Source of the DNA: an uncultured Trueperaceae bacterium
GTDB taxonomy: Bacteria; Deinococcota; Deinococci; Deinococcales; Trueperaceae
Assembly: GCA_937983275.1 (NCBI GenBank)
Contig: CALKAI010000046.1
Location: 1,800 to 65,799, forward strand
Reading direction: 5' to 3'
Length of the DNA: 64,000 nt
Under the pieces are notes generated by a model, which had not been told where the DNA came from, searched no databases, and saw only the letters and a list, made by a program, of their open reading frames with translations. Both the position numbers and the translations under genes were made by a program. This document shows positions 38,128-46,500 of the stretch, piece by piece. The first letter of the stretch is position 1. The number at the start of each line of letters is the position of its first letter.

Positions 38128-39309
38128 ATGATAGCTGGCCCTCTCGACACCACACGGATCCTTGAAGTGGACAATCAGCACGGCCCGGGACTCTGGAAGC
38201 CGGATGTAGCCCTGGTACGCGGGGAAGGCGTCCGCGTCTGGGATGCGGACGGCCGCGAGTACCTGGATTGCCTCGCCGGCATTGCCGTCGCGAGTCTCGG
38301 GCACTCCCACCCTCGTCTCGTACGCGCCATCTCGGAGCAGGCCCAGAAACTGATCGTCTTTGGCCAGAACATCGGGAGTGACACGCGCAGCCGGTTCCTG
38401 GAGAAGCTCTTCACCTTCGTGCCGGCCCCGCTCACCAGGGCGTTCATGGCCAGCTCCGGGTCCGAGGTGAACGAAGCGGCGATGAAGTGGGCGCGCGTGG
38501 CCACCGGCAGGCCAAAGTTCGTTGCCGCGAAGAGGGGTTTCTCGGGCCGCACGATGGGCGTGCTGGGGCTCACCTGGGAGCCCGGCTACCGCGAGCCGTT
38601 CGGCCCGCTGGGCATCGAGGTCGAACACATCACCTACAACTCGGTAAGGGAGCTCGAGGCGGCGATCGACGAGCGCACCGCCGCCGTCTTCGTTGAGCCC
38701 ATCCAGGGCGAGGGCGGCATGAACGCGGCCAGTCCGGAGTTCCTGCAGGAGGCCAGACGGCTTACGCGGGAGCGGGGAGCGCTGCTCGTATTCGACGAGA
38801 TCCAGTCCGGTGCGGGACGCACCGGCCGCTTCCTGGCGAGCGAGTGGCACGACGTGCAGCCCGACATGGCGACACTCGCCAAGGGGCTTGCGGGTGGCGT
38901 ACCCATTGGCGCGCTCCTCATGACCGATGAGGTGGCCGGCGCGATGCCAACCGGGGGCCACGGCAGCACCTTTGGTGGCAACCCTCTGGCCAGTGCGGCG
39001 GCGCTCGCCGTCCTCGAGGAGATCGAGGAGAGCGACCTGCTGAGCCACGTTCGCAGGGTCGGTGAGCTGCTCCAGACGGGACTTGCCGGGATTGGCGGTC
39101 CACTGGTCAGAGAGGTGCGCGGTCGCGGCCTGATGGTCGGTGTGGAGCTGGCAGAGAAAGCGGGCCCATACATCACGCGCCTGCGCGAAGCCGGCGTGCT
39201 GACGATCGCCGCCGGTTCCCACGTGATCCGCTTCGTGCCGCCGCTGATCATCAGCGAACGCGAGGTCGAGGAGGTCGTGGAGCGGGCAGCCGGGGTCCTG
39301 AGAGGGTAA
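38128..39309 (+). CDS. Class-III aminotransferase, acetylornithine / [LysW]-aminoadipate-semialdehyde aminotransferase type
   Basis: SGSEVNEAAMKWAR, VFDEIQSGAGRTGRF, the TLAKGLAGGVPIGA PLP-lysine region, and GSTFGGNPLA are present. ArgD and LysJ cannot be distinguished by eye. Confidence 0.9.
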   Translation: MIAGPLDTTRILEVDNQHGPGLWKPDVALVRGEGVRVWDADGREYLDCLAGIAVASLGHSHPRLVRAISEQAQKLIVFGQNIGSDTRSRFLEKLFTFVPAPLTRAFMASSGSEVNEAAMKWARVATGRPKFVAAKRGFSGRTMGVLGLTWEPGYREPFGPLGIEVEHITYNSVRELEAAIDERTAAVFVEPIQGEGGMNAASPEFLQEARRLTRERGALLVFDEIQSGAGRTGRFLASEWHDVQPDMATLAKGLAGGVPIGALLMTDEVAGAMPTGGHGSTFGGNPLASAAALAVLEEIEESDLLSHVRRVGELLQTGLAGIGGPLVREVRGRGLMVGVELAEKAGPYITRLREAGVLTIAAGSHVIRFVPPLIISEREVEEVVERAAGVLRG

Positions 39310-39336
39310 GGAGCGGGCGCAGCACCGCCATGGAAA

Positions 39337-39370
39337 GGGGCCTGGGAGAGCGGACGCTCTCCCAGGCCCC
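39337..39370. terminator. Bidirectional stem-loop between convergent aminotransferase and ferredoxin genes
   Basis: GGGGCCTGGGAGAGC-ggac-GCTCTCCCAGGCCCC forms a perfect 15-bp stem. Confidence 0.6.
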
Positions 39371-39390
39371 TGCCACTGGTCCGGTGGAAA

Positions 39391-39639
39391 CTAGCCGTCG
39401 TACTCGATACCGGACAGGTCGTAGTTCTTCTTGATGTAGGGTGCCCACTGCAGCGGGACGTCCTCTTCCGGGAAGATGGCGCTTACCGGGCAGGCCGGCA
39501 CGCAGGCACCGCAGTCGATGCACTCCTCGGGGTGTATGTACAGCTGGTCATTCGCCTCGTAGATGCACTCGACCGGGCAAACGTCGACGCAGGACCTGTC
39601 CTTGGTGCCGATGCAAGGCTCTGCGATGATGTGTGGCAT
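39391..39639 (-). CDS. Ferredoxin (7Fe-type, 3Fe-4S plus 4Fe-4S pattern)
   Basis: The cluster motifs are CIGTKDRSCVDVCP and CIDCGACVPACP, in an 82-aa protein. Confidence 0.92.
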   Translation of the reverse strand: MPHIIAEPCIGTKDRSCVDVCPVECIYEANDQLYIHPEECIDCGACVPACPVSAIFPEEDVPLQWAPYIKKNYDLSGIEYDG

Positions 39640-39774
39640 TTGTTTCCTCCCAGGCGGCCCGCGTGACCGCCACGATCGTGCTGCTGCCGGACCGGCTGCC
39701 CCAGACCCTGCCGGTCCGTGTTCGGGCCGATGCTACCACGGCCCCCGCCGGGGCAAAGGTAACCTCGGTCAGGA

Positions 39775-40410
39775 TTACGGGGCGCCTTCCTCTGCCTGTT
39801 CCCTGGCCCCCTCGAACACGTAGGCCTCGCGCAGGAGGCGCAGGTCGGCGTCGTCCACCACTCCGTCGCGGTTGATGTCACCGGTGATGTTGATGCCCGT
39901 CTCCCCGTAGTGCCGGGCGAGGAGCGCCAGATCGAGCACATCTACCGTGCCGTCGTTGTTCAGGTCCGCGGGGTTCCCGCCCACCGCGGCCAGCTGCGCC
40001 AGGGTGGCATCGTCCAGCCGGGCCGGCTGCCCGGCAGCGATTGCCTGCGACATTATCCCCTCGTCCCGCGGCCCCAGCCCCAGCAGCAGGCCAAACTCGT
40101 GCAGCAGGGCAACCTGCTGCTGCTCGCTCCCCTCCTTGACGAGGACGTCCAGCTGCCCGCCCTCACGCAGAAGGGTGAGGCTAAGGGTGTCCGGCCCCAT
40201 CTGCTCGTCGGAGACAAGGTCGAAGTTCAGCTGACCGTTGGTCGCTACCTCCTCCAGGTTCACTTCGGGAGCAGCAGCGCTCCACTGTGCTGCAGCCTCG
40301 CGGACAGCCTGCCGGAAGGCCGTGTCGTTCACGTCCGGGTCGAAGGAGTAGGTCTGGGCATGCGCCAGCGCGGGAATGAGAAACGCCAGGAGCGCGAGAA
40401 GTTTCCTCAT
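39775..40410 (-). CDS. Secreted protein with degenerate metzincin-like motif and C-terminal type-I-like dockerin
   Basis: The signal peptide is MRKLLALLAFLIPALAHA. LHEFGLLLGLGP resembles matrixin HEFGHxLGLxH with the 2nd and 3rd His replaced. Two dockerin Ca-loop/helix segments are present: DLNNDGTVDVLDLALLARHY and DINRDGVVDDADLRLLREAY. Confidence 0.7.
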   Translation of the reverse strand: MRKLLALLAFLIPALAHAQTYSFDPDVNDTAFRQAVREAAAQWSAAAPEVNLEEVATNGQLNFDLVSDEQMGPDTLSLTLLREGGQLDVLVKEGSEQQQVALLHEFGLLLGLGPRDEGIMSQAIAAGQPARLDDATLAQLAAVGGNPADLNNDGTVDVLDLALLARHYGETGINITGDINRDGVVDDADLRLLREAYVFEGAREQAEEGAP

Positions 40411-40952
40411 CGGCGCGCCTCCAGTTCGGCGCCAACCAAATCGATGACCGTGTTCGCAGGCGCCTCGAAGCCGCCCAGGCGCAGCGAGCCATCCTCGTCG
40501 ATGCCCAGCAGGGTGCCGTCCTGGGAGAGGACGTTGTCGTCCTGCAGGCGGAACAGTCCCTGGTTGAAACCTACCAGTGGCGAGTAGTAGGCGGCGTCGT
40601 AGGCCAGCACCAGTACCCGCTCCGAGAGTTCGAAGGCCGGCATACCCTGGACATCCACCTCCGCAATGCCGGGACCGCTGCCGCCCAGGAAGGCCAGGCT
40701 GGTGCGCTCCTCGGTCTCACCCTCGAGCGCGCGCTCGACGGCGAACTCGACGATGGTCCAGGGCAGGCCGTCGCGCATCTCCACGTCCAGTCCCCGCACC
40801 GTCCCCACGAATGCAACCTCCGTTGCGTCCAGAATCTCGCTAAGCGAGAGCTGGCGGTAGGTGGTGGCGGCAGCAGCGGGGAGCAGGGCAAGGAGCAACA
40901 CCAGCACGGTCGTGTGCAGCAGTGGCCTGCTGGCCTGGGTTGTGCGGGTCAT
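40407..40952 (-). CDS. Secreted hypothetical protein
   Basis: The 181-aa protein has a signal peptide (LLHTTVLVLLLALLPAAAA). It shares 4-nt overlaps with both neighbours. I recognise no domain. Confidence 0.6.
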   Translation of the reverse strand: MTRTTQASRPLLHTTVLVLLLALLPAAAATTYRQLSLSEILDATEVAFVGTVRGLDVEMRDGLPWTIVEFAVERALEGETEERTSLAFLGGSGPGIAEVDVQGMPAFELSERVLVLAYDAAYYSPLVGFNQGLFRLQDDNVLSQDGTLLGIDEDGSLRLGGFEAPANTVIDLVGAELEARR

Positions 40953-41848
40953 TCTGCCTCCTCCGGGCGGGACTCTTCGGCTTCAGCCTCTGCGGTTTCC
41001 GGGTCCTGGTCGCCTGAACCGGGCTCACCGTCGTTCGCTGGTTCTTCGGCAGGCCCGTCGCCGTCCGGCTCATCTTCGCCGTCGGCGGGAGAACCCGCAG
41101 CTTCACCGGGAGTGTCGCCGTCCATGTGCTCGTTGCCGAGGTCGTCGATGATCCGGGCGGTCAGCTGAGTCCGCAGCCGGGCAGGTTCAGTGGGGACGAG
41201 CGTCACCTGGGCCACGTTGGCCGTACCATTCCAGGCGGCGCCCAGGGACGCGAAGTCCACCTGGAGCACGCCCTCGCCAGCGCGCGAGGTGTCCGTGAAG
41301 ATTGCGGTATTGCCGAGGGCACGCACGGCGTTCTCAGGGGCGAGCGTGAAAGCCGCCGGATCCCAGGTGAGCTGAACGCTCGCAGCCCGAACCCGGTGAG
41401 CATCACGCAAACCCAGGCCTATCGTGACGGGCTCGCGGACCTCGGTCGCCGGTGCGTCGACAACCACCTGTGGTGCCGGCCGTTCGCTCACCTGCAGCGT
41501 GTAATCCTCGAAGGTGCTCGACAGGTTGGCGTCGGAGACCGCCACGGTGAACTCGAACTGACCCGTCTCGGTCGGCGTGCCCCTCACCGATCCCCCCTGG
41601 AGTTCCAGGCCGGCCGGGAGCTGTCCGTCCTCCAGCCGGAAGGTGAAGGGCCGCAGCCCGCCGGTGGCCCTGATCGGCTCGTCGTACGGCTCGCCCACCC
41701 AGGCGGTGGGCAGGTTGCGGTTGCCCTGAAGGCGCAGCGCCTCACCAGGCGTCTGGATCTCGCCGCCGCAGGCCGCCAGCGCCAGGATCAGCGCGGCAAG
41801 CAGCGGCAGCAGACGCCTGCGTTGGCTGGCCGCTCTACTCGTGTTCAC
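40949..41848 (-). CDS. Lipoprotein with putative Ig-like (He_PIG/cadherin-like) module, cohesin-like module and acidic disordered tail
   Basis: The lipobox is LLAALILALAAC-GG. The Ig-like pattern is PFTFRLEDGQLPAGLELQGGSVRGTPTETGQFEFTVAVSD. The cohesin-like pattern is VTIGLGLRDAHRVRAASVQLTWDPAAFTL...GVLQVDFASLG...ANVAQVTLVP. I prefer the GTG at 41848; the ORF-track start at 41962 overlaps treS by 115 nt. Confidence 0.65.
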   Translation of the reverse strand: MNTSRAASQRRRLLPLLAALILALAACGGEIQTPGEALRLQGNRNLPTAWVGEPYDEPIRATGGLRPFTFRLEDGQLPAGLELQGGSVRGTPTETGQFEFTVAVSDANLSSTFEDYTLQVSERPAPQVVVDAPATEVREPVTIGLGLRDAHRVRAASVQLTWDPAAFTLAPENAVRALGNTAIFTDTSRAGEGVLQVDFASLGAAWNGTANVAQVTLVPTEPARLRTQLTARIIDDLGNEHMDGDTPGEAAGSPADGEDEPDGDGPAEEPANDGEPGSGDQDPETAEAEAEESRPEEAE

Positions 41849-43485
41849 TACTGGATCCCCAACCACAGGTACTCGTAAGGTTGCAGCACGATGTTCATAT
41901 GGGGCGTGACGGTTCCGAAGACCTGCTTCGTGAACAGGTCTATGAGCTGACGCCCCTCCCATTCGGCCAGGTCCAGCTCCGTGCGCTCCACCTCGGGCGA
42001 CAGGTTGTGCAGGGCCAGCACGATGTCCTCCTCGTACTGGTTCAGGAAAGGCAGGATCGCCTTGTTCTCGGGCCTCAGCAGCTCGAAGCGCCCCTGGCCC
42101 AGCGCCGGATGCTGCTCGCGCGTCTTGATGAGGTTGCGCATCCAGTTGAGGAGGCTGTCGGGATCCTGCTCCTGGGCGGCGACGTTCACCTCGTGGAAGG
42201 CGTAGTCGCCCTCATCGATGACCGGTGCGTACAGCCGGGCCTTCGCCGCCTCCGAGAAGCCGGCATTCTCGCCGCCGTGCCACTGCATGGGCGTGCGGAC
42301 GCCGTTCCGGTCGGGCAGCTCGATGTTGTCACCCATGCCGATCTCGTCGCCGTAGTAGATGATCGGCGTGCCCGGCAAGGTCATCAGCATCGAGTTCATG
42401 AGCCGGATCTTGCGCATGTCGCCCCCCAGCAGCGGCGCCAGCCGCCGGCGTATCCCCACGTTGATCCGCATGCGCGGCTCCGGCGCGTAGGTTTCGTACA
42501 TGAAGGCCCGCTCCTCCTCGGTCACCATCTCCAGGGTCAGTTCGTCGTGATTGCGCAGGAACACGACCCACTGGCAACTCTCGGGGATGGCAGGGGTGTT
42601 TTCCAGGATCCACTCCACACTCTGCCGGCTGCCTTCGGCCACGGCCATGTAGAGTCGGGGCATGACCGGGAAGTGGAAGAGCAGCGGCATCTCGTCGGTG
42701 CCGTCGCCGAAGTAGGCGATGGTGTCCTCCGGCCACTGGTTCACCTCACCCAGCAGGAACGCGTCGGGCTTGATGGTGTCGATGTAGGCGCGCAGCTCCT
42801 TGAGGTACTCGTGGGTCTCTGCCAGATTCTCGTTGTTGGTGCCCTCCCGCTCGATGAGGTAGGGGATCGCGTCCATGCGGAAGCCGTCGATGCCCAGCTC
42901 GAGCCAGAAGCGCACGATGCGCTTCATCTCCTCCCGCACCTCGGGGTTGTCGTAGTTGAGGTCGGGCTGGTGGCTGAAGAAGCGGTGCCAGTAGTACTGG
43001 CCGCGCACCGGATCGAAGGTCCAGTTGGAGGTTTCGGTGTCGGTGAAGATGATGCGCGTACCCGAGTACTTCTCGGGATCGTCGCTCCACACGTACCAGT
43101 CGGACTTCGGGTTGTCCTTACCCTGCCTGGACTCCTGGAACCAGGGGTGGTCGCTGGAGGTGTGGTTCACGACGAGGTCGGTGATGACCTTCAGACCACG
43201 AGCATGAGCCTCGCGCACGAGCTGCTGGAAGTCGTCCAGGGTCCCGTAATCCTCATGGATGTTATAGAAGTCGGTAACATCGTAGCCGTCGTCACGCAGG
43301 GGAGAGGGGCTTATGGGCAGGAGCCAGATGACGTCAACGCCAAGGCTCCTGATGTAGTCGAGTTTCTGGATGACGCCAGCCAGGTCGCCGTGTCCGTCTT
43401 CGTCGGAATCGCGGTAGGCACGAACATAGAGCTCGTAGAGAACAGCCCTCTTAAACCACGTGGTATCGATGTTGGCCATCTTCAC
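41848..43485 (-). CDS. treS: Trehalose synthase (maltose alpha-D-glucosyltransferase), GH13, short form
   Basis: WFKRAVLYELYVRAYRDSDEDGHGDLAGVIQKLDYIRSLGVDVIWLLPI, DLVVNHTSSDHPWF, GIDGFRMDAIPYL, FLLGEVNQW and FLRNHDELTLE are the four GH13 regions in the TreS context. Confidence 0.92.
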   Translation of the reverse strand: MKMANIDTTWFKRAVLYELYVRAYRDSDEDGHGDLAGVIQKLDYIRSLGVDVIWLLPISPSPLRDDGYDVTDFYNIHEDYGTLDDFQQLVREAHARGLKVITDLVVNHTSSDHPWFQESRQGKDNPKSDWYVWSDDPEKYSGTRIIFTDTETSNWTFDPVRGQYYWHRFFSHQPDLNYDNPEVREEMKRIVRFWLELGIDGFRMDAIPYLIEREGTNNENLAETHEYLKELRAYIDTIKPDAFLLGEVNQWPEDTIAYFGDGTDEMPLLFHFPVMPRLYMAVAEGSRQSVEWILENTPAIPESCQWVVFLRNHDELTLEMVTEEERAFMYETYAPEPRMRINVGIRRRLAPLLGGDMRKIRLMNSMLMTLPGTPIIYYGDEIGMGDNIELPDRNGVRTPMQWHGGENAGFSEAAKARLYAPVIDEGDYAFHEVNVAAQEQDPDSLLNWMRNLIKTREQHPALGQGRFELLRPENKAILPFLNQYEEDIVLALHNLSPEVERTELDLAEWEGRQLIDLFTKQVFGTVTPHMNIVLQPYEYLWLGIQ

Positions 43486-43585
43486 TCCTGATGAACGAGA
43501 TTCTACTGGCTACCAACCTAACCCCCATCTGTGCCTGTCGTAGTGGTTACCATGCGCACCGGTCGGTACAGTCGGAAGGAGCGCG

Positions 43586-46500
43586 ATGAAGATCATCACA
43601 CTGCCATACCGTCTAGCCGGACCCGTCCGGGAGTTCCTGCTCTCCCGCGAGGCCCGCGAGCGCTACGGTGTGCACGAGGATCTACTGTCTCTGCGCGGCA
43701 CGCTTCTCGTCGCCGACATGGACGCCGCCCAGCTCCTTGCGCACCGCGTGAACTCGGTGCGGGACGTGGGCCGCAATCCTCACTCCTCTGTCAGTCCCGG
43801 GGAGATTCTGGCCGCCGGAATCCTCCACGAGCTGCAACACCTGCTGGTGATGCGCCTGCGGGAGGAGGACGGGACCCTGCTCAGGGTGCCGCTCGAGCAG
43901 GTTGCGGCGTCGCTGGGCGAGTCCCGGCTGCAATCGTTCCTGGTCAGGTTCGTGAGCAACTTCCCGCCCCGCGGGGTCACCGGTGACGAGGGCGCCCTCG
44001 CCTACCTCCAGGCGAGCACCGATGGGCTGGAGCACAGCGAGCTCGCTTTCGAGGAGCTGCTCCTCCTGGAGACCGCCCGTCAGAACCCCGCACTCGAACG
44101 TCTGCGCGAGCTGTTCACCGCGACCCCGCTGTTCGAGCCGGAGTCGCGCGAGGTCATGGGCCGGCTGCTGGCCGGCGCACGCGAGCAGGACGCGGGTGGC
44201 GACGAGGAACAGGTGGTGCAGGGGGCCCGGAACCTGATCGAGCTCCTCGAGGCGCCCATGCGGAACAGTCCCACGACGCTCTTCGGGCAGCTGCAGTACG
44301 CCCGTGAGCATTGGCTGCCCCTCCTGGGGGAAGCCGGCGCCCGCCTGCTGGAGCTCGTGCTCTTCGGTCAGGATGTTCTGGCAGAGGAGAACAAGCCCAC
44401 CTTCCTGGGCCCCGCCCCCGCGCTGGAGCCGTTCGAGGAGGACGACCTGGTCCCCTCGGCCGAGCTCGACGAGCGGTTCAGCCAGGACGAGCCGTGGATG
44501 AAGGAGCTGGTGCTCGTCGCCAAGAGCACCTACGTGTGGCTGGATCAGCTCTCCCGCAAGTACGGGCGCGAGATCAGCAGCCTCGACCAGATCCCCGGGG
44601 AGGAGCTGGACGAGTTGCGGGCCCGCGGCTTCAACGGGCTGTGGCTCATAGGCATCTGGGAGCGCAGCGATGCCTCGCGCAAGATCAAGCAGCTGCGCGG
44701 GCAGCCGGAAGCGCTCGCCAGTGCGTACGCGATCAACGATTACCGGATCGCCCCGGAATTGGGGGCCGAGCCGGCGCTGCGCGAGCTGGAGAAGCTCGCC
44801 GCCCAGCGCGGGATGCGGCTGGCGAGCGACATGGTACCCAACCACACCGGCATAGACAGCCGCTGGATAATCGAGCACCCGGACTGGTTCATGCAGCTTT
44901 CCGAGTCGCCCTTCCCCGGCTACAGCTTCGACGGTCCCGACCTGTCCTCGGACCCGCGCGTCGGCATCTACCTGGAGGACCACTACTACGACAGCAGCGA
45001 TGCTGCCGTGGTGTTCAAGCGTGTCGACCACGAGAGCGGCGAGGAGCGCTACATCTATCACGGCAACGACGGCACGGCGATGCCGTGGAACGACACGGCG
45101 CAGCTCGACTACCTCAATCCCCGGGTGCGCGAGGCCGTCATCGACACGATAGTGAGCGTCGCGAAGCGCTTCCCGGTGATCCGCTTCGACGCCGCCATGA
45201 CCCTCGCGCGGCGGCACGTGCGCCGGCTCTGGTACCCGAAGCCGGGTGAGGGCGGCGCAATCCCCTCCCGCGCCCGCTACGGCAGCATGAGCGACTCCCA
45301 GTTCGACCGGGCCATGCCGCGCGAGTTCTGGCGCGAGGTGGTGCAGGCGGTCGAACGCGAGGCGCCGGGAACACTCCTGCTGGCCGAGGCCTTCTGGATG
45401 ATGGAGGCCTACTTCGTGCGCCACCTTGGCCTCCATCGCGTCTACAACAGCGCCTTCATGCACATGATGAAGCGTGAGGCGACGGGCGAGTACCGGACGC
45501 TGCTGAAGCGCATCCTGAAGCTCGAGCCGCGCATCCTGGAGCGGTTCGTCAACTTCATGAACAACCCGGACGAGGACACGGCGGTCCTGCAGTTCGGCAA
45601 GGGCGACAAGTACTTCGGGGTGGCCACGGTCATGGCGACGATGCCCGGCCTGCCGATGTTCGGTCACGGGCAGGTCGAGGGTCTGGCCGAGAAGTACGGA
45701 ATGGAGTTCCGCCGCGCCCGCCGCCGCGAACGGGTTGACGAGGAGCTGGTGGAGCGGCACGAGCGGCAACTTAGCCCGCTGTTGCACAGGCGCGCCCAGT
45801 TCGCGTCGGTCGACGGATTCGAGCTGTTCGACTTCGAGGGGCAGGGCGGCGTCGACGAGGAGGTCCTCGCCTACGGCACGGCGGGGCCGGTCCTGGTCCT
45901 GTTCAACAACCGCTTCGGGGAGACCTCGGGCGTCGTGCGCAACGGGGCGCCCAAACGGCGGCCCGACGGCTCGACAGGCAGCATCGACCTGCGCAGCTTC
46001 CTGGGACCAGCTCTGGAGGCCGCCGGCGGGCGGGACCGCGCCGGCGATTTCATCGTGTGCCGGGACCGGGTAACGGACCGCGAGTACCTCTATACCTGGT
46101 CACAGTTGCAGGACGGCCTGCCGGCACACCTGGGCGCCTACGAGCACCGGGTGCTGGACGATTTCCGGTGGGTTGCTGACGTTGATGAGGAGCTGCTGCG
46201 GGCAGTGCATGCCCGGGTGGGCTCCAGGGGGGTGGCTTCTTTGCAGGGTGAGTTGGAGCGGACCCGGTCCGAGCCGGTTATCTCGGCCTGGGATGATTTT
46301 CTTTCGGTGCCGTTTCTCGACGTGGATGCCAGCGTTGGCGCTTACGGTGACTTCCTTGCGGCAGTACGTGAAACGGAGGGGGAGGATGAGAGCTCCTCCA
46401 GCAGTGGTGCACGGGAGCGCTTCCGGGCACTGGTTCATGCTGCCACGGCCTTCCAGTACGGGCCCGGGCAGGTGCAGGAGGCGTTCGAGCGCTGCGCGCT

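Noticed and set aside
41849-41962. Longest-ORF start of the cohesin-like lipoprotein at 41962
   Set aside because: It would overlap treS by 115 nt and place 38 non-signal residues before the signal peptide and lipobox. The GTG at 41848 gives a canonical lipoprotein precursor.
43682-45787. 701-aa minus-strand ORF inside the giant GH13 gene
   Set aside because: It is antisense to a frame carrying all GH13 catalytic regions. Its translation is Leu/Arg/Gly/Pro/His-rich with no recognisable domain.
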